64,000 bases of DNA from Carcharhinus longimanus (Eukaryota), in assembly GCA_030264375.1 (NCBI GenBank), contig JASCQW010000099.1, forward strand, positions 53,511,400-53,575,399, in the 5' to 3' direction. Of the stretch, positions 25,270-39,150 are shown piece by piece. Position 1 is the stretch's first letter. Each line of letters starts with the position of its first letter. Under the pieces are notes generated by a model, which had not been told where the DNA came from, did no database searches, and worked only from the letters and a program-made list of their open reading frames with translations. The translations under genes were made by a program, and so were the position numbers.

Positions 25270-25830
25270 TCAAAGCATCCGGGAAGAAGTCAACTCATGG
25301 GAGTCCTGTTTGTGACCTAACATGCCATAATATGGTTGGCATGTGCAGTTGAGCATGAGTGGGCATCGCAGTTTTAAAAAAATTTTCAAAAAAAGGGCAA
25401 GTGATTCTATCATCAGTGCCTCCCTTTGCGAATTGGAGAGTACCCCTTCACTAAGATAGAACATCCCCTTTCTTCCTGTCCATTTGCTCCCTTAAACCCA
25501 TCACCCCCACTCTCCTCTCTAATCAATCCAAACCCTCCCTGTCCAAGACCCCGCACTTACTTGTTTCCAGGATTCCAATGGGTCTTCTTCTGTTTCCTCG
25601 TTATGGTCTCTGCAACCCAATAATGCACTCCTGGTGCTGCCAGGACTGAAAGAGCTGCTGGCCAATTGGATTTGTTGACACCTGCCAAGAGTGGGACTTT
25701 TTCCCCAATTAGGGGAGCACCTGGCCTCTGTTTAGCCTGCTGCAGAGTTTTATTGCTGCAGAACAGGCAGGGGTGGCACAGGTGAGTTCCACATTGACTT
25801 CTGTTCCACACTCATAATATTCCCCATTAA
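25270..25830. mobile_element. Probable Harbinger-derived non-autonomous element
   Basis: Motif gagctgctggccaatt...gtgggactt resembles similar blocks at 4290-4350 and 17990-18090; ends ataatattcccc. Confidence 0.4.
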
Positions 25831-27199
25831 TAATTCTCAGTACCATCTATTTCATAAATCATCTTCTTGAACATTTCAATTTTTTCGATAAATTAACTTT
25901 TGTGTAAATACACAGTTGCAGTTAGTTTTGATAACTATTTTGCTCTCCAAAATAAAGAAATCTTGAATGCCTATGTGCAATTATGACAGTATCATGTCAT
26001 GAATAAATAAAGCAGTTTAGACATTAATGTTGACATTGCAGAAACAGGTTTACGAGGCAGGCAGGCCAACATTTGAGGTATAAACTTGGTTATTATTGTT
26101 TTTTATATTCAAAAATAAGTCAATAGGTCTCCCACTAGTGAAGAGAACAGAGAGGAGGCTGATGAAAAAAAAGCTAGCAGCAGAGAGTGATGAATTCAGA
26201 CATACAATCTGTACTTTGGCAAAAAAAACTGGCAAAAACCATACCTCGCGATTAGCTTACACCTACGACATTTGTACATAGTAAGAGTTCTGGGTATTGA
26301 TTATTCATCAACCTCTCACTGACTTCCATTCTCTGTTGGGTTTCAAGCATTTAATTTCAAAGTGAAAGTAAAAAGACTAAAATAACATTAATCAAATAAT
26401 TTCCCAAATATACAAAGTAATATACATATCAACATGGAGCATCGACCCAAAGTGTATGAAAACAAGCACACATCTCTTCACACAAATAAACTTCAACTTT
26501 GAATGGTGCATGTAGTGCTGCTGTTTTGAAACAGATAGTTCACAATAAATTGATCAGCAAACACCTACTGTAATGAGGTACATGAACAACAGAAATAAAC
26601 TTATTTTTGAATACTGAAACTACGAATGTCACCTTCTTCCTATTCAACACTTTAATGGAGCTGAATATAGACTTCAACTGAATTGGGAGCTCAGCTGGAT
26701 GCACTAGCATTTCAAGTTTATGTTTCTTCCCATATTTGATAATGATAACTCTATAGGACTTTATATGATGGAGGCTCAGTACTTGTTATGAAGAAGATTT
26801 TAAAGTGCTGGGGGATGAAGTGAAATGAAGAGCAGGAGGACCACTGCATTTTTAAGAGTATAGTCAAGTGAGTAGAAACGAAGCACAAGAAGACATAGAC
26901 ACGGATATTAACACTACCTGATTGTCTTGTTCTTGGCTAGTTTTCGTTGACTTTTGTTTTCCTGTGCAGTTCCAATTTTGTCCCTAAGAATCTGAATTAT
27001 CTCTTTATTCTTAATTAGAAATTTTGACAGAAATCCACACAAACCTCAATTCTGAAGTTTTAGGCATGAATAACTAAAGATGTCACTTGTGCAAAAGAAT
27101 GATTTTATGCTGGTCATGCAATTTGAAGCTTTGTACCTGTCACTATTAAAACTAAATACATTAAGAAATTGACTTTGAAACTTTCAAATTTTATTACCA

Positions 27200-27500
27200 T
27201 CACAAAATTCAATAGGAAGTGTCAAACACAATGAAAAGAATGGAGAAAATAGTAGGCAGTGAAGAATCTGGAAAGCAATGATTCATCATGGTTTGAGTGA
27301 TCAGGTACAAAACTGTAGGAGATGTAACAGAAGAGAAAAAGAGAATAAAGTAACAGAATAATAGGGATAAAAGACACATAAGGAAAATAAAAGACATATA
27401 GAAGAGTACGAGGAGTTGGAAAAGGCTTACAAAAAAAGAGAGGGAAAATAGCCAGAGACAGAGATAATAAAGATTAAATAAAAAGACAAGTGAAAAGAAC
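27200..27500. repeat. Purine-rich low-complexity tract
   Basis: A/G-rich on the + strand; gives a spurious F/L-rich minus ORF; similar tracts at 8690-8800 and 29780-29990. Confidence 0.7.
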
Positions 27501-27714
27501 ACTCAGTAGCTGCATACCTCTGCCATGAGGTGTTAACGTTATTACAATTACATATCTCTTCCTTGGGGCTTTTCATTGCCTAATTGACACTCTGTAACTA
27601 CAAAGCTGAAAACAAAACTGAGAAAAAGAAATCTTTTTATTAAAGCTTCCATTTCCCTGAAGAGAATCCATATCCAACAACCTACTCTGAAAACTGTTCA
27701 CGTTTTAACAACTG

Positions 27715-28470
27715 TTATCTAGGATTGCAATGGGATTTTGATCAATTGGGCTGATGAATGGCAGATGGAGTTTAAACTAGATAAATGTGAGATAACGCAT
27801 TTTAGTGGATCGAACCAGGGCAAGACTTAGTCAGTCAATGGGGAGAGTTACAGAAGAAAGAGATCTGGGGCTACAGGTTCATAGCACCTTGAAGGTGGAG
27901 TCACAGGTGGATACGGTGATGAAGAAGGCATTTGGCACGCATGGTTTCACTGATCAGAACATTGAATAGAGCAGTTGGGACACCTTGCTGAAGTTGTACA
28001 AGACAGTGATAAGGCCACACTTGGAATACTGAATACAGTTCTAATATCCTATTATAAAAAAGATATTATTGAACTAGAAAGAGTGCAGAAAAGATTTACT
28101 AGGATGCTACCAGGACTCACTGGTTTGAGTTATAGTCAACATCTTTTCCCAACAGTAGGTGAGTCTAAAACTAGAGAGCATAGGTTTGAGGTGAAAGGGG
28201 ATAAAATACAAAAGGGTCCAGAGGGGCAATTCTTTCACACAGAGGGTGGTGAGTGTCCGGAACGAGCTACCAGAGATAGTAGTAGTAGAAGTGGGTACAA
28301 TTTTGTCTGTTAAAAAGCATTTGGACAGTTACATGGGTAAGTTTAGTATAGAGGGATATGTGCCAAATGTGGGCAATTGCAATGAGCTTAAATGGTAAAA
28401 ACTGGGTATAAGGACAAGTTGGGCCAAAGGGGCTGTTTGCATGCTGTAAACCTCTATTACTATGATTCTA
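27715..28470 (+). mobile_element. CR1/HER1-like LINE 3' portion
   Basis: tggcagatggagtttaaactagataaatgtgag (WQMEFKLDKCE); ELERVQKRFTRMLPGL; tail ctgtaaacctctattactatgattcta. Confidence 0.92.
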
Positions 28471-31467
28471 ACTGTGACCTATTCCACCACAGCTGCTGAG
28501 ACAATCCACAACATTCTAAAGAGACGCCAATTCACTCCATCTCCCAATATTAATAAATCTTTTTTAAAATTCTACATTCCAGATCCGCAACTTTGTCAAA
28601 AGCTAATCAGTTCTTCCTTGGAACATATTCTATTCATATACCAAGTTTTGGTTGAAATTCCTCCATTGGTTTTTGAAGTGTATTGTTTACAGACAAACAG
28701 ACTAACAGAAGCAAAAACATTACTTCCACCCATCTTCAGCGACAGAAGTCAAAAAGAAAAAGGAGGACACAAAGTATAAAAGCCAAAAAGAGAGAGAGAA
28801 GCAAGAGCCAAAATTAATTAGTGCATGTCAGACAAGCAGAGGAAGCTACAGGTCCTGATACAGAAACTTACTTTTCATTTTGCTTATGATCAATGCCATG
28901 GGATGTCAACTGGAATGACTTTAATTGTTGCAGCTGATTACCTATGCCACAGATAAATTTTACTTACCAGTTGTCATTCTAAATGTTCTAGCATGGTTTA
29001 TGCTACAAATGAACCGATTAATGTTCCTTATCTATGCTTAAAATCTGCTGGATCATACATTCTAGCTGTAGTAATATGTTTTCCTGCTCTTGGTGACTCA
29101 GTTACCATTAACTGAAGCCAAAAACTACAGACCATGCCTCCACTTAAAAGTTGTAAGATCCTATGCAACATTATGCATTATAGAAATTATTTCATTGTGG
29201 TACAGTTATCTTTATAGCACTGTAATAAAATTAAACTATATCAGTAATCTTATTCCCAGAGGTCATTTTTTTACATGCATATAAAAAAGCAGCTTTAACA
29301 CGTCAGGTTTGGTTTACTTGTGGACTGCAGAACAATTCATTTTTATAATCTTTTAATATTCTGCACACACACAATTAGTAAGACTGTAGTTTTGAGAACA
29401 AAGCTTCATAACATAATTACCAATAACAGGTTCATACAAATGAAAATATTGTTACCTGCTGCAATGTAGCTTATGGACATTTTTTGTGAAGTGTCTTTTT
29501 CTGTAACATCGATTCCCTTTCATTGCTCATCTTACACCATGTCACTCCTTCTCTCAAAGTCACATGCTTTCTTGTCTTGTCCCTTTGCTAAAAAACATTT
29601 TCCATATTTCCTACTGTTTGTCCATTCTTCTACTCTCCATGGCAGTCTACTGACATTAATCCTTTACTAATTCAGTCATGCTCCATTTTTTAACAGCTTA
29701 AATCAACAGTTAAGATGGGCTGAATAGTCAGTTATGATGAGAAACTTTGTGATTATAAAGCCATGAAGACTAATTCACAAATCACAAATAGAGGGGACAG
29801 AAAGAAAAAGGGAAGACAACAGTGATGGGGGCAGACACACTGAGGGGCAGAAGGAAAGGACAGTTGAGAAAGAACAAAAGTGAAAAAGACACGTACAGAA
29901 ACAGAGATACATGCATATATCGAATTTAGAATGACAGATAGACAAGGTGAGACAAATAGAGCATAAATAAAAGAGAAGGGCAAAAGGGAAAACCTTTAAG
30001 TGAATGAGAACTTCATTATAATAGCAATGGGTGTTAACTGGCCATGGTCTTTGCAACACAAAAAATACTTTATTTATGACTTAATTTTACATCAATTGGA
30101 AAGTGGTGGGAATGGGAAACTTGGTTTACAAACAGCAAATCCTACCTGAATGCTAGTTTTACTGTCAAAATTAATCTGTCCTTACTTCAGAAAACAATGG
30201 TAATCACAGGGATTTTTCAAAATTCAAATAAGCACAATTACCTTGGTCCATGCTTTCCCCTTGAACTGCAAGGGAACAGGTGCTTACACATAGAAAATTG
30301 TGCACAGTGAATACTCATTTCACTCAGGAAGGAAAGAACCATGAACTACATTTGAAACAGATTGGGATACATGTCAAGTTAAATGCATTTTTGACAGGTG
30401 TTGAACAATTATATGTTTAAAATATTTTTGTTGCAATTTTTAAAAAGTTTTTATATGTTAGTTATGTTGTAAATTGTATTTTTTTTCCTGTAGTTGTCAA
30501 GTTGAGGGAAAAGGGTAGGTTTTTTTGTCAATATGTTGTGAGCCAGTTGAATAATTTACACATGAAGTTTTTAAGAAATTTCCATATGATAGAATTGCAA
30601 TTAAGAAACCTGCTTTTCAGCTCGATCCCTGGCAACTTTAGGAATATGTAATTTCAGACAATCGAATCTAAATTTGACAGAAACGCATGCTTAAAGGTAT
30701 CCTTATGATTATATGTACGGAAGGAAGCATGATGCTTAAAGTGGATTTCAATAGTGGGGTGTGCTTTGTGATTTGACAGCACACTGAAAAAGAACTTGGC
30801 ATTTGGCAATGCTCAGCAGAAAAATGTAGGGATCTGCAAGCACAGAAGGAGAGTCAAGAATCCGGCAGCACTCTTGAGAGCAAAGTTTCCTCTCGAGTAA
30901 GAACTTAAGTTCACATGGAAATTTAGTGTAAAAAAGCTTGTGAAGTTCATTTTATTTTTGGGAAAAAAAACAAACAGAAACTGATATGCATGAAGACAAA
31001 ATGCAACATTTGTACTCAAATATAAATACATTTTCAGTAAACGATCCCTTGTATAAATGACAGAATGCACAGACAGCACAATGACTACATACTCTGATTT
31101 TGTTTTGTGTTGCCTAACATTGTTCAAACAATAAAAAGTAAGCATTTTCCTAAATTTAAACCTGAAACTTTAAATCTAAAGAAAGTTATTAAAATTAATT
31201 CTGTAACTTATTTCTGGTATGCTATAACTCCTCAGTCTTGATGTGAAACATGTTTATATTTTCACAGGATGATCAATTGCCCAGTGTGTGGTGTGTCCAG
31301 AGTGGCCATGTTCGAACCATCAATCAATCATTTAAGATCTTCAATGGGACTCTGTCACTGTAGGACCGTGTGGACAGCAATGATAATTTATCTCCAAAAG
31401 TATGCCTATCATCAGTGATTTACATCAAATCATACTTATTACATGTTTTTTCCTCTGTTCTAATAAT

Positions 31468-31690
31468 AGAAAGAAAAGAATTGCATTTAAACAGCACTTT
31501 TCAAGATCTATTTTGAAGTACTTTTGAAGTATAGCACCCAGAAATCTATTTTTTGGTGCTGTGAGTTGATGAATAATTTTTGGCCAGGAAACTTGGGAGA
31601 CATTTCTGATCTTTGAAAAGTTCCTTGGGATCTTTCAAATCCAAATGAAAGATCAAATATGGCCTCAGTTTAGCATCTCACTGGAAAGGC
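31468..31690 (-). mobile_element. Deu-domain SINE fragment
   Basis: aagaaaagaattgcattt tail; ttggccaggaaact...gggatcttt...ggcctcagtttagcatctca, matching 11635-11750. Confidence 0.65.
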
Positions 31691-31707
31691 TTGGAACTAT
31701 GTACTGA

Positions 31708-32070
31708 CATACAAATGAGGAGCAGGAGATTATGGCCGATCTAATTTTAACCTTAACTTCAGAATCCTCATTACCCCTGGAAACCTTCCATCCCCTTGCT
31801 CATCAAGAATCAATCTAATTCTACTTTAAAGATGTTCAAAGCCTCTGCCTCAACATCTTTTGAGGAAGAGAATTCTAAAGTCTCACAAACCTTAGAGAAA
31901 AAAATGTTTTCCTTGTTTTTAACTGGGTGGCCTCTTATTTTTAAACAGTGGACCCTACTTCTAGATACTCCCTCAAGAGTATTACTAGGGAATTTCACAG
32001 TAACAGTGCTAATGTAAGCCTACCTGTGACACTAATAAACTTAAGACTTAAAAACAAGAGGAAACATTCA
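31708..32070 (-). mobile_element. CR1 LINE 3' end with a small inserted foreign 3' tail (about 31985-32045)
   Basis: ORF track SRSRVHCLKIRGHP...VEAEALNIFKVELD; insert aatttcacagtaac...aatgtaagcctacctgtgacactaataaactt. Confidence 0.75.
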
Positions 32071-33987
32071 CTTTTCCACCCTTCCTGACTTTTTTCTGTG
32101 AATTTCCTGTCTGCCTACAGCCAGATTAACAAACTAGAGGTCTTCTGGATGGGAACTCTGCTTCACATGGCCAAAGGCTGCCAAAGGAGGTAAACATAAA
32201 TATATATTAAATATCTACTGGGGGAGAGAGAGACAGACTGTGGTTGGGGTGGAAGAATGAGGTCTCTGGCGTGTGATTGGTTGTGAGTCCCAAACGGAAT
32301 AAGCAAGGAGCCGATTTTATGAGCAGGGTTCTGTGGTGACGGGTTAGCGTATTGATAGTTATGGAAATAGAGGGAGGGGTGGGGAGGTTGGATGTTGTTT
32401 ACTAGGTAGTTCATTGGATCTGAAGAAAGCATTTTTGATGTAAAGTTCTTTCCCCCATGGATTCAGTCTTGTGTGCCTTTTTTAAGCTGCAGAGTTTCCC
32501 AAAAGCCTGGTAAACCTGGTTTAAAATACAACGACTGTTAAAATGAAGGCATACAACCTTGTTGTAATATTTAAACAAACAGTCTGCTTACTGTCAGTGG
32601 GTTGGTTGTCCACCTCTCATTTCACCTTCCTTAAAACTAGAAAAGGGCTGGTTTGAGGCAGACTTGTTTTCTAGTCTAGATGTTTTACATTTTAATGACT
32701 AATATAACCTCAACCTACTAAGTTTTGGGAACTAAGATTTATTCTCCACAAGGACTGCCATAAACAGACACACATCCTCAAGATAGGTGGATTAGATGAG
32801 GTTAGGTTGCTCCCCTCTCACCATCGACCACAAGCCAAGTCTCAAGGCAACCCAATTAGCAGGGAATGACACGGACACGCTCCATCCTTCCCCATCCCCC
32901 GCCCCCATCCCCACAGTACGAAAACATTTTGATCTAGGTGTGCTTAATATGTAGTATTGATTTGTCAGCAATGGGTGATATTCAACCATTGAGTCACCAG
33001 CTGAAGGAAGGTGTTAGGTGATAATTAGCACAAGATTTTCTTGTTTACATGCATGTGTTGTCAACCAGCATGAGGACTTCATAGGCAACTCAAATGGGNN
33101 NNNNNNNNNNNNNNNNNNNNNNNNNNNNNNNNNNTACAACACTAGAAGTCTGCTTGCATTAAAAAAACATTGCAGTAGACAGCTCTGCTTATGTGAAAAG
33201 TGCACAAATGCATAGAGATAGTTAGGTGGTAACTTCATTATTTTTCCTTAATTAGAACCATTTATATACTTTGATATGAAATAAATATTTGGTTTGGCTT
33301 CATTATTTGGCTGTTTCATGAGTTGGGTCGAAGCTTTGCCTACCTTTACGCAGCGCTCTTCAGTTCATTTTTCAAAAAAGTGAGAAGAATGCACTATGCA
33401 GGAAGTGCTCCAAAATTTTAGTGACCAAGATATGAATCGACAAGACAACAGCTTGTATTTATCTAGCAACTTTAATATTGAAAAATGTTCTGTGGCACTT
33501 CATGCAGCAAGGATGCAAGTTATAGTCAGTGGTCATGCTGCAGTTTAATTAATTTCATTGGTGTGAGAGAATATCTTGGGCAAGACACAAAAAGTGTCCT
33601 GACATTGTCCAATATCTATTCGTTTACTGCCCCATCTGCATCAAGAGGGACTAAATGACATGAAGCAAGAATACTACAGGCTGGAACAATTAGAGTCACT
33701 TGGTTAAGTTTAAGTATATATTCAACACCTTTTAAAATAATTTAATTAACCATACTTGGCTTCTACAATTAACCAAATGTCATGGCTTCTTTTGTAGTGG
33801 ATGTCGGTTAGTCACAACATTAAAACTTCATTATTTTAAAATGTACTGGAAATGTATTTTCTGAACTATTATTGTATGCATTAATCACAATTTGCAAGAA
33901 TTTTCTATACAGCAACTTTTTTAACCTTTTAAAAACTAATTTTCTCACCATTTTTTCTCCTCACTATTAATTTACAAACTATTTAGC

Positions 33988-34314
33988 ATAGAATCACAGA
34001 ATCCTACAGTGCAGAAGGTGGCCATTCTGCCCATCAAGTCTACACCGACCACAATCCCACCCAGGCCTTATCCTCGTAACCCCACGTTTACTCTAGGTAG
34101 TCCCCCTGACACTCGGGGGCAATTTAGCATGGCCAATCCACCTAACCCGCACATCTTTGGACTATGGAAGGAAACCAAAGCAACCAGAGGAAACCCATGC
34201 AGACATGGGGAGAATATGCAAACTCCACACAGACAGTGACCCAAGCCGGGAATTGAACCTAAGTCCCTGGCGCTGTGAGGCAGCAGTGCTTGCCACTGTG
34301 CCACCATGCTGCCC
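33988..34314 (-). mobile_element. HE1-type V-SINE, full length
   Basis: catagaatcacagaatcctacagtgcagaagg tail through ...ccactgtgccaccatgctgccc head. Confidence 0.95.
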
Positions 34315-36264
34315 TTTTATCTTTTCATCTTATTAGTTTTGAACCCTCTCCTTTTTTTGTTTACCTGCCTTTCTTTTTCATACTCTTGTCACTTTTACCA
34401 TTTTTCACTCCAAATATTCTCTGTAGGCATATATGGATGGATAAAGAGCCAAGCTTTTCGGATGGTTGCATAGGTATTCAGCTAGGGGAAGGAAGAAGGG
34501 CATCAGTGTACTGAATTGGTTAAATTCCAAACTATTTTGGCTGGTATCAGACTATTTGAATCTTATACCTGTTTAATTTGTAACGAGTTGCAGCAAAAGT
34601 GTTATAAGTAAACATTTAACAGCCTCATAACTAATGGACTCCAGACCACGTTCCTGAATTTTGGAAATCAAGTTCAGTTAAAGAATTAACTGAAACTTAA
34701 AAGTCAAAAGATAGCAGATAAAATGAATTCAATAGATACTTCATTCCTTGCCTCATTTTTTAATAATTTGTCTCAAACCATGATTTATGCTAACAGCATT
34801 TAATACACATGGTTAGTGCTTCTATTTATGATGAACAGAATTTGAAATCTAATTTTTCCCCTAATCATATCAATAATTATTAAATGAAGTCAAAATTAAA
34901 AATGGAAGTGTAAAAGTCAAATTGGTTTTTTTTAAACATACTCAATGTTTAAAATGCCTCTTAACTACCATTTTATAGATTTAAGTTTCATTCCATGATC
35001 TCACTATTTTTAGAAGAGATTCAGTCATATAATAAAATCCAGTTTTGATGCAAAATTTAGGTTGTAACTTAATTTGCTACTTGAATTGAAAAAGCAAGAT
35101 GTTCAATTATTAAAGTTAACAAAAATCATATTATGACACGAAAGCAAGAATCTTTCATTTGGTACCACTGTAATTATAGTGTATGAATTGTCTAGCAAGA
35201 TAAAAATCTTTAACCTGTACATTACAAAAGAGCCATTCTAGCGAAATCCTGCCTATAGTACCAGAGGAAGGTAATAAAAAAAGAATGATTGGCTCAGAGA
35301 TTTGAATCAGGTCATTTGCTAAAGAAAATTAAGATTCTGAAGGAGTTGAAGCTCGCCTGAAGGTCATCAATTAAAAAAAACACACTGCATAGAGCTGAGG
35401 GTTAACTAGAAACTTAAGAAAAGAATTGTTTCCATAACTTCAGGCAGCACATTCTTTAATCAATAGCCTTCAAAAATGTTTGCAGTTTCTTGTTAAAGCT
35501 GGGAGCTAGAAGGTAATGGTTGTTTTATATAGTTATAAGAGCTTAGAAACTTGGGTATTGTGTTTCACATAGTTTTCAACATCACACATATAATTTTATA
35601 AAGATTGAGTTCAAAAACACATTTGTTTACTCGAACTTAGCTGAATGGTTAATTAAATTTCATTATTCTCTAAGGTTGATAGTTTGCAGATGCTAGGTTG
35701 GAAAAACTAGATACTTACTCTTCGAAGCACAATTGTGGCCCATTTTAATTTAGGACAAAATTTAACATGCACTCATAGTCAGTCAATAGGTTGAAAACCT
35801 AGCCATTAGTGAACACAAACTGCTTTAATATGGATTTACTTTTATATACTTAACTGATTATAATATAGAATGAATAGTGGGAGAATGGTGGGATTCCAGT
35901 ATCAACCAGACTACTATGTAAAGTGCAACACGGAGACGAGGCCATCTGCACAAGAAAGAGGATCTTCACAATTAAAAAACTTGAATAACGTAAAGAAATA
36001 TTGAGCACAGTAGATCAATTTTCAAATAAGTTGCTATAACTGATTTTGGGTCCCCAGTTTCATTTCTGTGAAATAGGTGAGCAGCAGCAAGGGAGGCAAC
36101 AAGCTCAGCACAATTGCAAATTGGATTACTACAATCAATAGCAGATCTCAGATAAATGAGGCAGGAGGGTGGTATATGCACTCACTGGTTGGTATTTGGA
36201 CGGCCAGGCCTTAGACTTGGGGCAGAGGATGTGTGTGTGTGGGGGTGGGGAACTAAGTAAATCA

Positions 36265-36808
36265 AAGAATTACTACATTGCAGGAAGAGGCCATTGGGCC
36301 CATTGAGTCTGCACAGACTATGATCCCACCCAGGCTCTATCCCTGTAGCACCATGCATTTACCCGGCTGATCTCCCTGACACTAAGAGGCAAATCAGCAT
36401 GGCCAATCAACCTAATCCATAAGAACATAAGAAATAGGAGCAGGAGTAGGCCATCTAGCCCTTCGAGCCTGCCCCGCCATTCAATAAGANNNNNNNNNNN
36501 NNNNNNNNNNNNNNNNNNNNNNNNNNNNNNNNNNNNNNNNNNNNNNNNNNNNNNNNNNNNNNNNNNNNNNNNNNNNNNNNNNNNNNNNNNNNNNNNNNNN
36601 NNNNNNNNNNNNNNNNNNNNNNNNNNNNNNNNNNNNNNNNNNNNNNNNNNNNNNNNNTGGCTTGTGCTACCAAATAAACCTGTTGGACTTTAGTTTGGTG
36701 TTGTGAGACTTCTTACTGTATAAACTCAACAGAGACAGCCACTGAAGGCTGGAACTGAATCTTGGTCCATGGCACTATGATTCAGCAGTACTAACTGCTG
36801 TGCCACCT
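36265..36808 (-). mobile_element. HE1 SINE split by a young CR1 3' end (36419-36489), a gap and a Penelope-type repeat (36658-36719)
   Basis: HE1 tail to caatcaacctaatcc; then ataagaacataagaaataggagcaggagtaggcc; after the gap ctaccaaataaacctgttggacttt; then the HE1 head ...ctaactgctgtgccacc. Confidence 0.85.
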
Positions 36809-37049
36809 TGGGGAGTGACAGGTTTGTGTTCTCTAAACGTGGGGAATGGAGGAGCATTACTGTGAGTGTCAGCTTATATTGTTTGTCATATCACAAACTA
36901 TGATAATCAAATCAAAAACACTAGCCAATAACATCACATCTCAAAACTGTTTCAGGATATTGGTCTAAACAATTTCTACATTTTAGAATAAAACCACAAT
37001 CTTCCACTTTTGAATTCATTAATTATGCACCCTTGAGAAGTTCAGTAAA

Positions 37050-38305
37050 TCTCATGGCAGGATGGTCAGAAAGTGGTCAGTCCCACCATTACCCTCATGG
37101 AGTCAAGGGACACCTGAACAGACATGCATTCATGCAGGCCAGAAGCTACACATTATTCCTACAGAGTCCTTGTGGCTGTAGCTCGTACTGGAGAAGCTGG
37201 CAAAAGTGAGCAACCACATCTCAAATATACCAGGGCACCTTCAACATTGCCTTTCGCTCATCACTAGTTATAAGCACCACCCATTATACACCCATGGTCA
37301 GGCCAATGCTTATTGCTGCAGAGTCCCATGTTGACTAGAACCTGGACTTTATAGAGGCCTCTTGCTGCTCAGGTGTTCGCTCCTCCTTACCTAGGCCTCT
37401 TGCTGCACAGATGTTTGCTCCTCTTTACCCTGTGCCAAACTGCAATGGGTGCCTCTCTTCATCTGGATGAGAGCCATTCCCAAAGCACGGTTGCCTACAG
37501 CCTGTATCATCAATGCCTCAGTGGATGTGTGGAAGTGAGCATGCCCTTTACAGATTTCCCTCCATCTCAAAGCCAGCAGGCAAGTGCTAAGGTCTTCATC
37601 TGGCCTCTTTCTAGACAGCGCACCCCCCTTCCTTCCAGGTGAAGGATATCCTGGAGGACGGAGTCTGATGTTCCTCCTGTCAATGCATGAACGCGTGTGG
37701 AAACATTGCTCTTTGACCAGTGTAATGAAAGCCATGTGCAAGAAGCCTTAAACGGACATTTTTTCCTGCTTATCTGCACTACCCTTGAAAACAGACAGAG
37801 ACTATTGCCTTGGCAGCACAGGAAGACTAACCTCCTGATCCATGAATCACGCAATGTCTCCAAGGAGAAAGCAACATCTACATACCTCAACGTTGTTGAT
37901 GGAGTGAAAGCGCATGCCACTCACATATTGTCAGGAATCAGATCGTTCTTATTATCCACTGGCGGGGCACTTAATTTGGAGTGGGAATATCTAACTCCAC
38001 ACTCCAGGATATCCTTCACCTGGAAGGAATGGGGACGTCTAGATGGAGGCCAGTTGGCTGTCTAATGAGCATTCATGAGATGCAAACAGGGAAACAGAGT
38101 TGGGAGAACAAAATTCCAAACCAATTTTCCACTGGCAGAAAACTGTCTTTTGCCATCAAGTCAAATGTGGTGTCCCTGCTTACCACAATTCCCACTGTAG
38201 GAATCATTAGATGCGGGGTGGAAAATTTGATGGAGCAGCAACAAGTCAACTGATTTTGGGCAGGAATTTCTGGTTCCACGATGAGCAGGATTAGAAAATC
38301 CCACT
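37050..38305. mobile_element. Decayed probable Harbinger-type element with internal inverted duplication
   Basis: TIR-like right end agaaaatcccact; 28-bp perfect inverted repeat 37629-37656 / 38002-38029. Confidence 0.45.
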
Positions 38306-38869
38306 GTATATCTTCTCAAAGCAAACTATTTAGGTTAACCCTTAACCAGCTTTGGGTATCTTCTATTTGTGCTCATTTCATGTCAAAAAATGCACATTAA
38401 TTCATTTTGATATTCATATCATTAATAGTACAAATGACATACCATTTAACACAGCCCGAGCATGCCGTCCTTCTCTGCTTATTCCTGTCCAGCATCATTG
38501 CATGGTGTTTTCATTCTACTTGTCTAAACATAGTCAGTCCATTATCAGCATTAAATCATTTTCCTAACATGCACTGTAGCCTTCCCATTCATTCCTCTGC
38601 TCTTTATCTATTTATTGCTTCTCAATGACAACTTCCACAGGTGTAAAATTAGAACCCAGGGCTAGATCTTACACAGCCTGTTGCAGTGGAAACCACAGCA
38701 GTCAAGCACGATTAATTTTGAGAGAGACCTCACTTTAACCTCCCAGTGGCGGCAAAACCTTTCCTGATTAAGTTGGAAGCTGGAATCAACTGACACAAGA
38801 TTCGCAGCTGCTATTGGCGAGATCAACTTGGCTAATTAATGAACCAATTGATGTCCGTTATTGCTACGC

Positions 38870-39150
38870 AATTTAGTCGGGTGAGAATGAAAGAACACCC
38901 ATTTAAGGTGGTTGATAAAAGAAGGAAGGGAAACTTTTGTGTGGAGTGATTGCTTAAGGTCCAGAATGAACTACTTGAGATTGTGGAAGAGAACAATTGG
39001 ACTTTTAAAGGGGAATTGGATAAACACCTGAAGAAAAAATATTTGCAATGCCGCAGTGAAAGGGTGGGGGAGTGGGACAAATTGAGTTGCTCTTGCAGAG
39101 AGCTGGCATGGAGACAACAGACTGACTGGTCTCCTTCTGGACTGTAAACA
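38870..39150 (+). mobile_element. CR1 LINE 3' fragment
   Basis: ORF track IVEENNWTFKGELDKHLK; tail gactgactggtctccttctggactgtaa. Confidence 0.75.

Noticed and set aside
27209-27502. Hydrophobic membrane-protein-like ORF (also 29753-30059)
   Set aside because: Antisense of purine-rich low-complexity tracts
29456-29500. 45-nt minus-strand exon candidate KDTSQKMSISYIAA with CAG/gtaac donor
   Set aside because: No polypyrimidine tract at the acceptor and no recognisable homology
30494-30514. 21-nt plus-strand microexon candidate
   Set aside because: Such short AG...GT pairs are expected by chance in 64 kb and there are no supporting plus-strand exons
31428-31480. Strong minus-strand acceptor with a 24-nt microexon
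   Set aside because: The pyrimidine tract is the Deu SINE tail and the donor is weak
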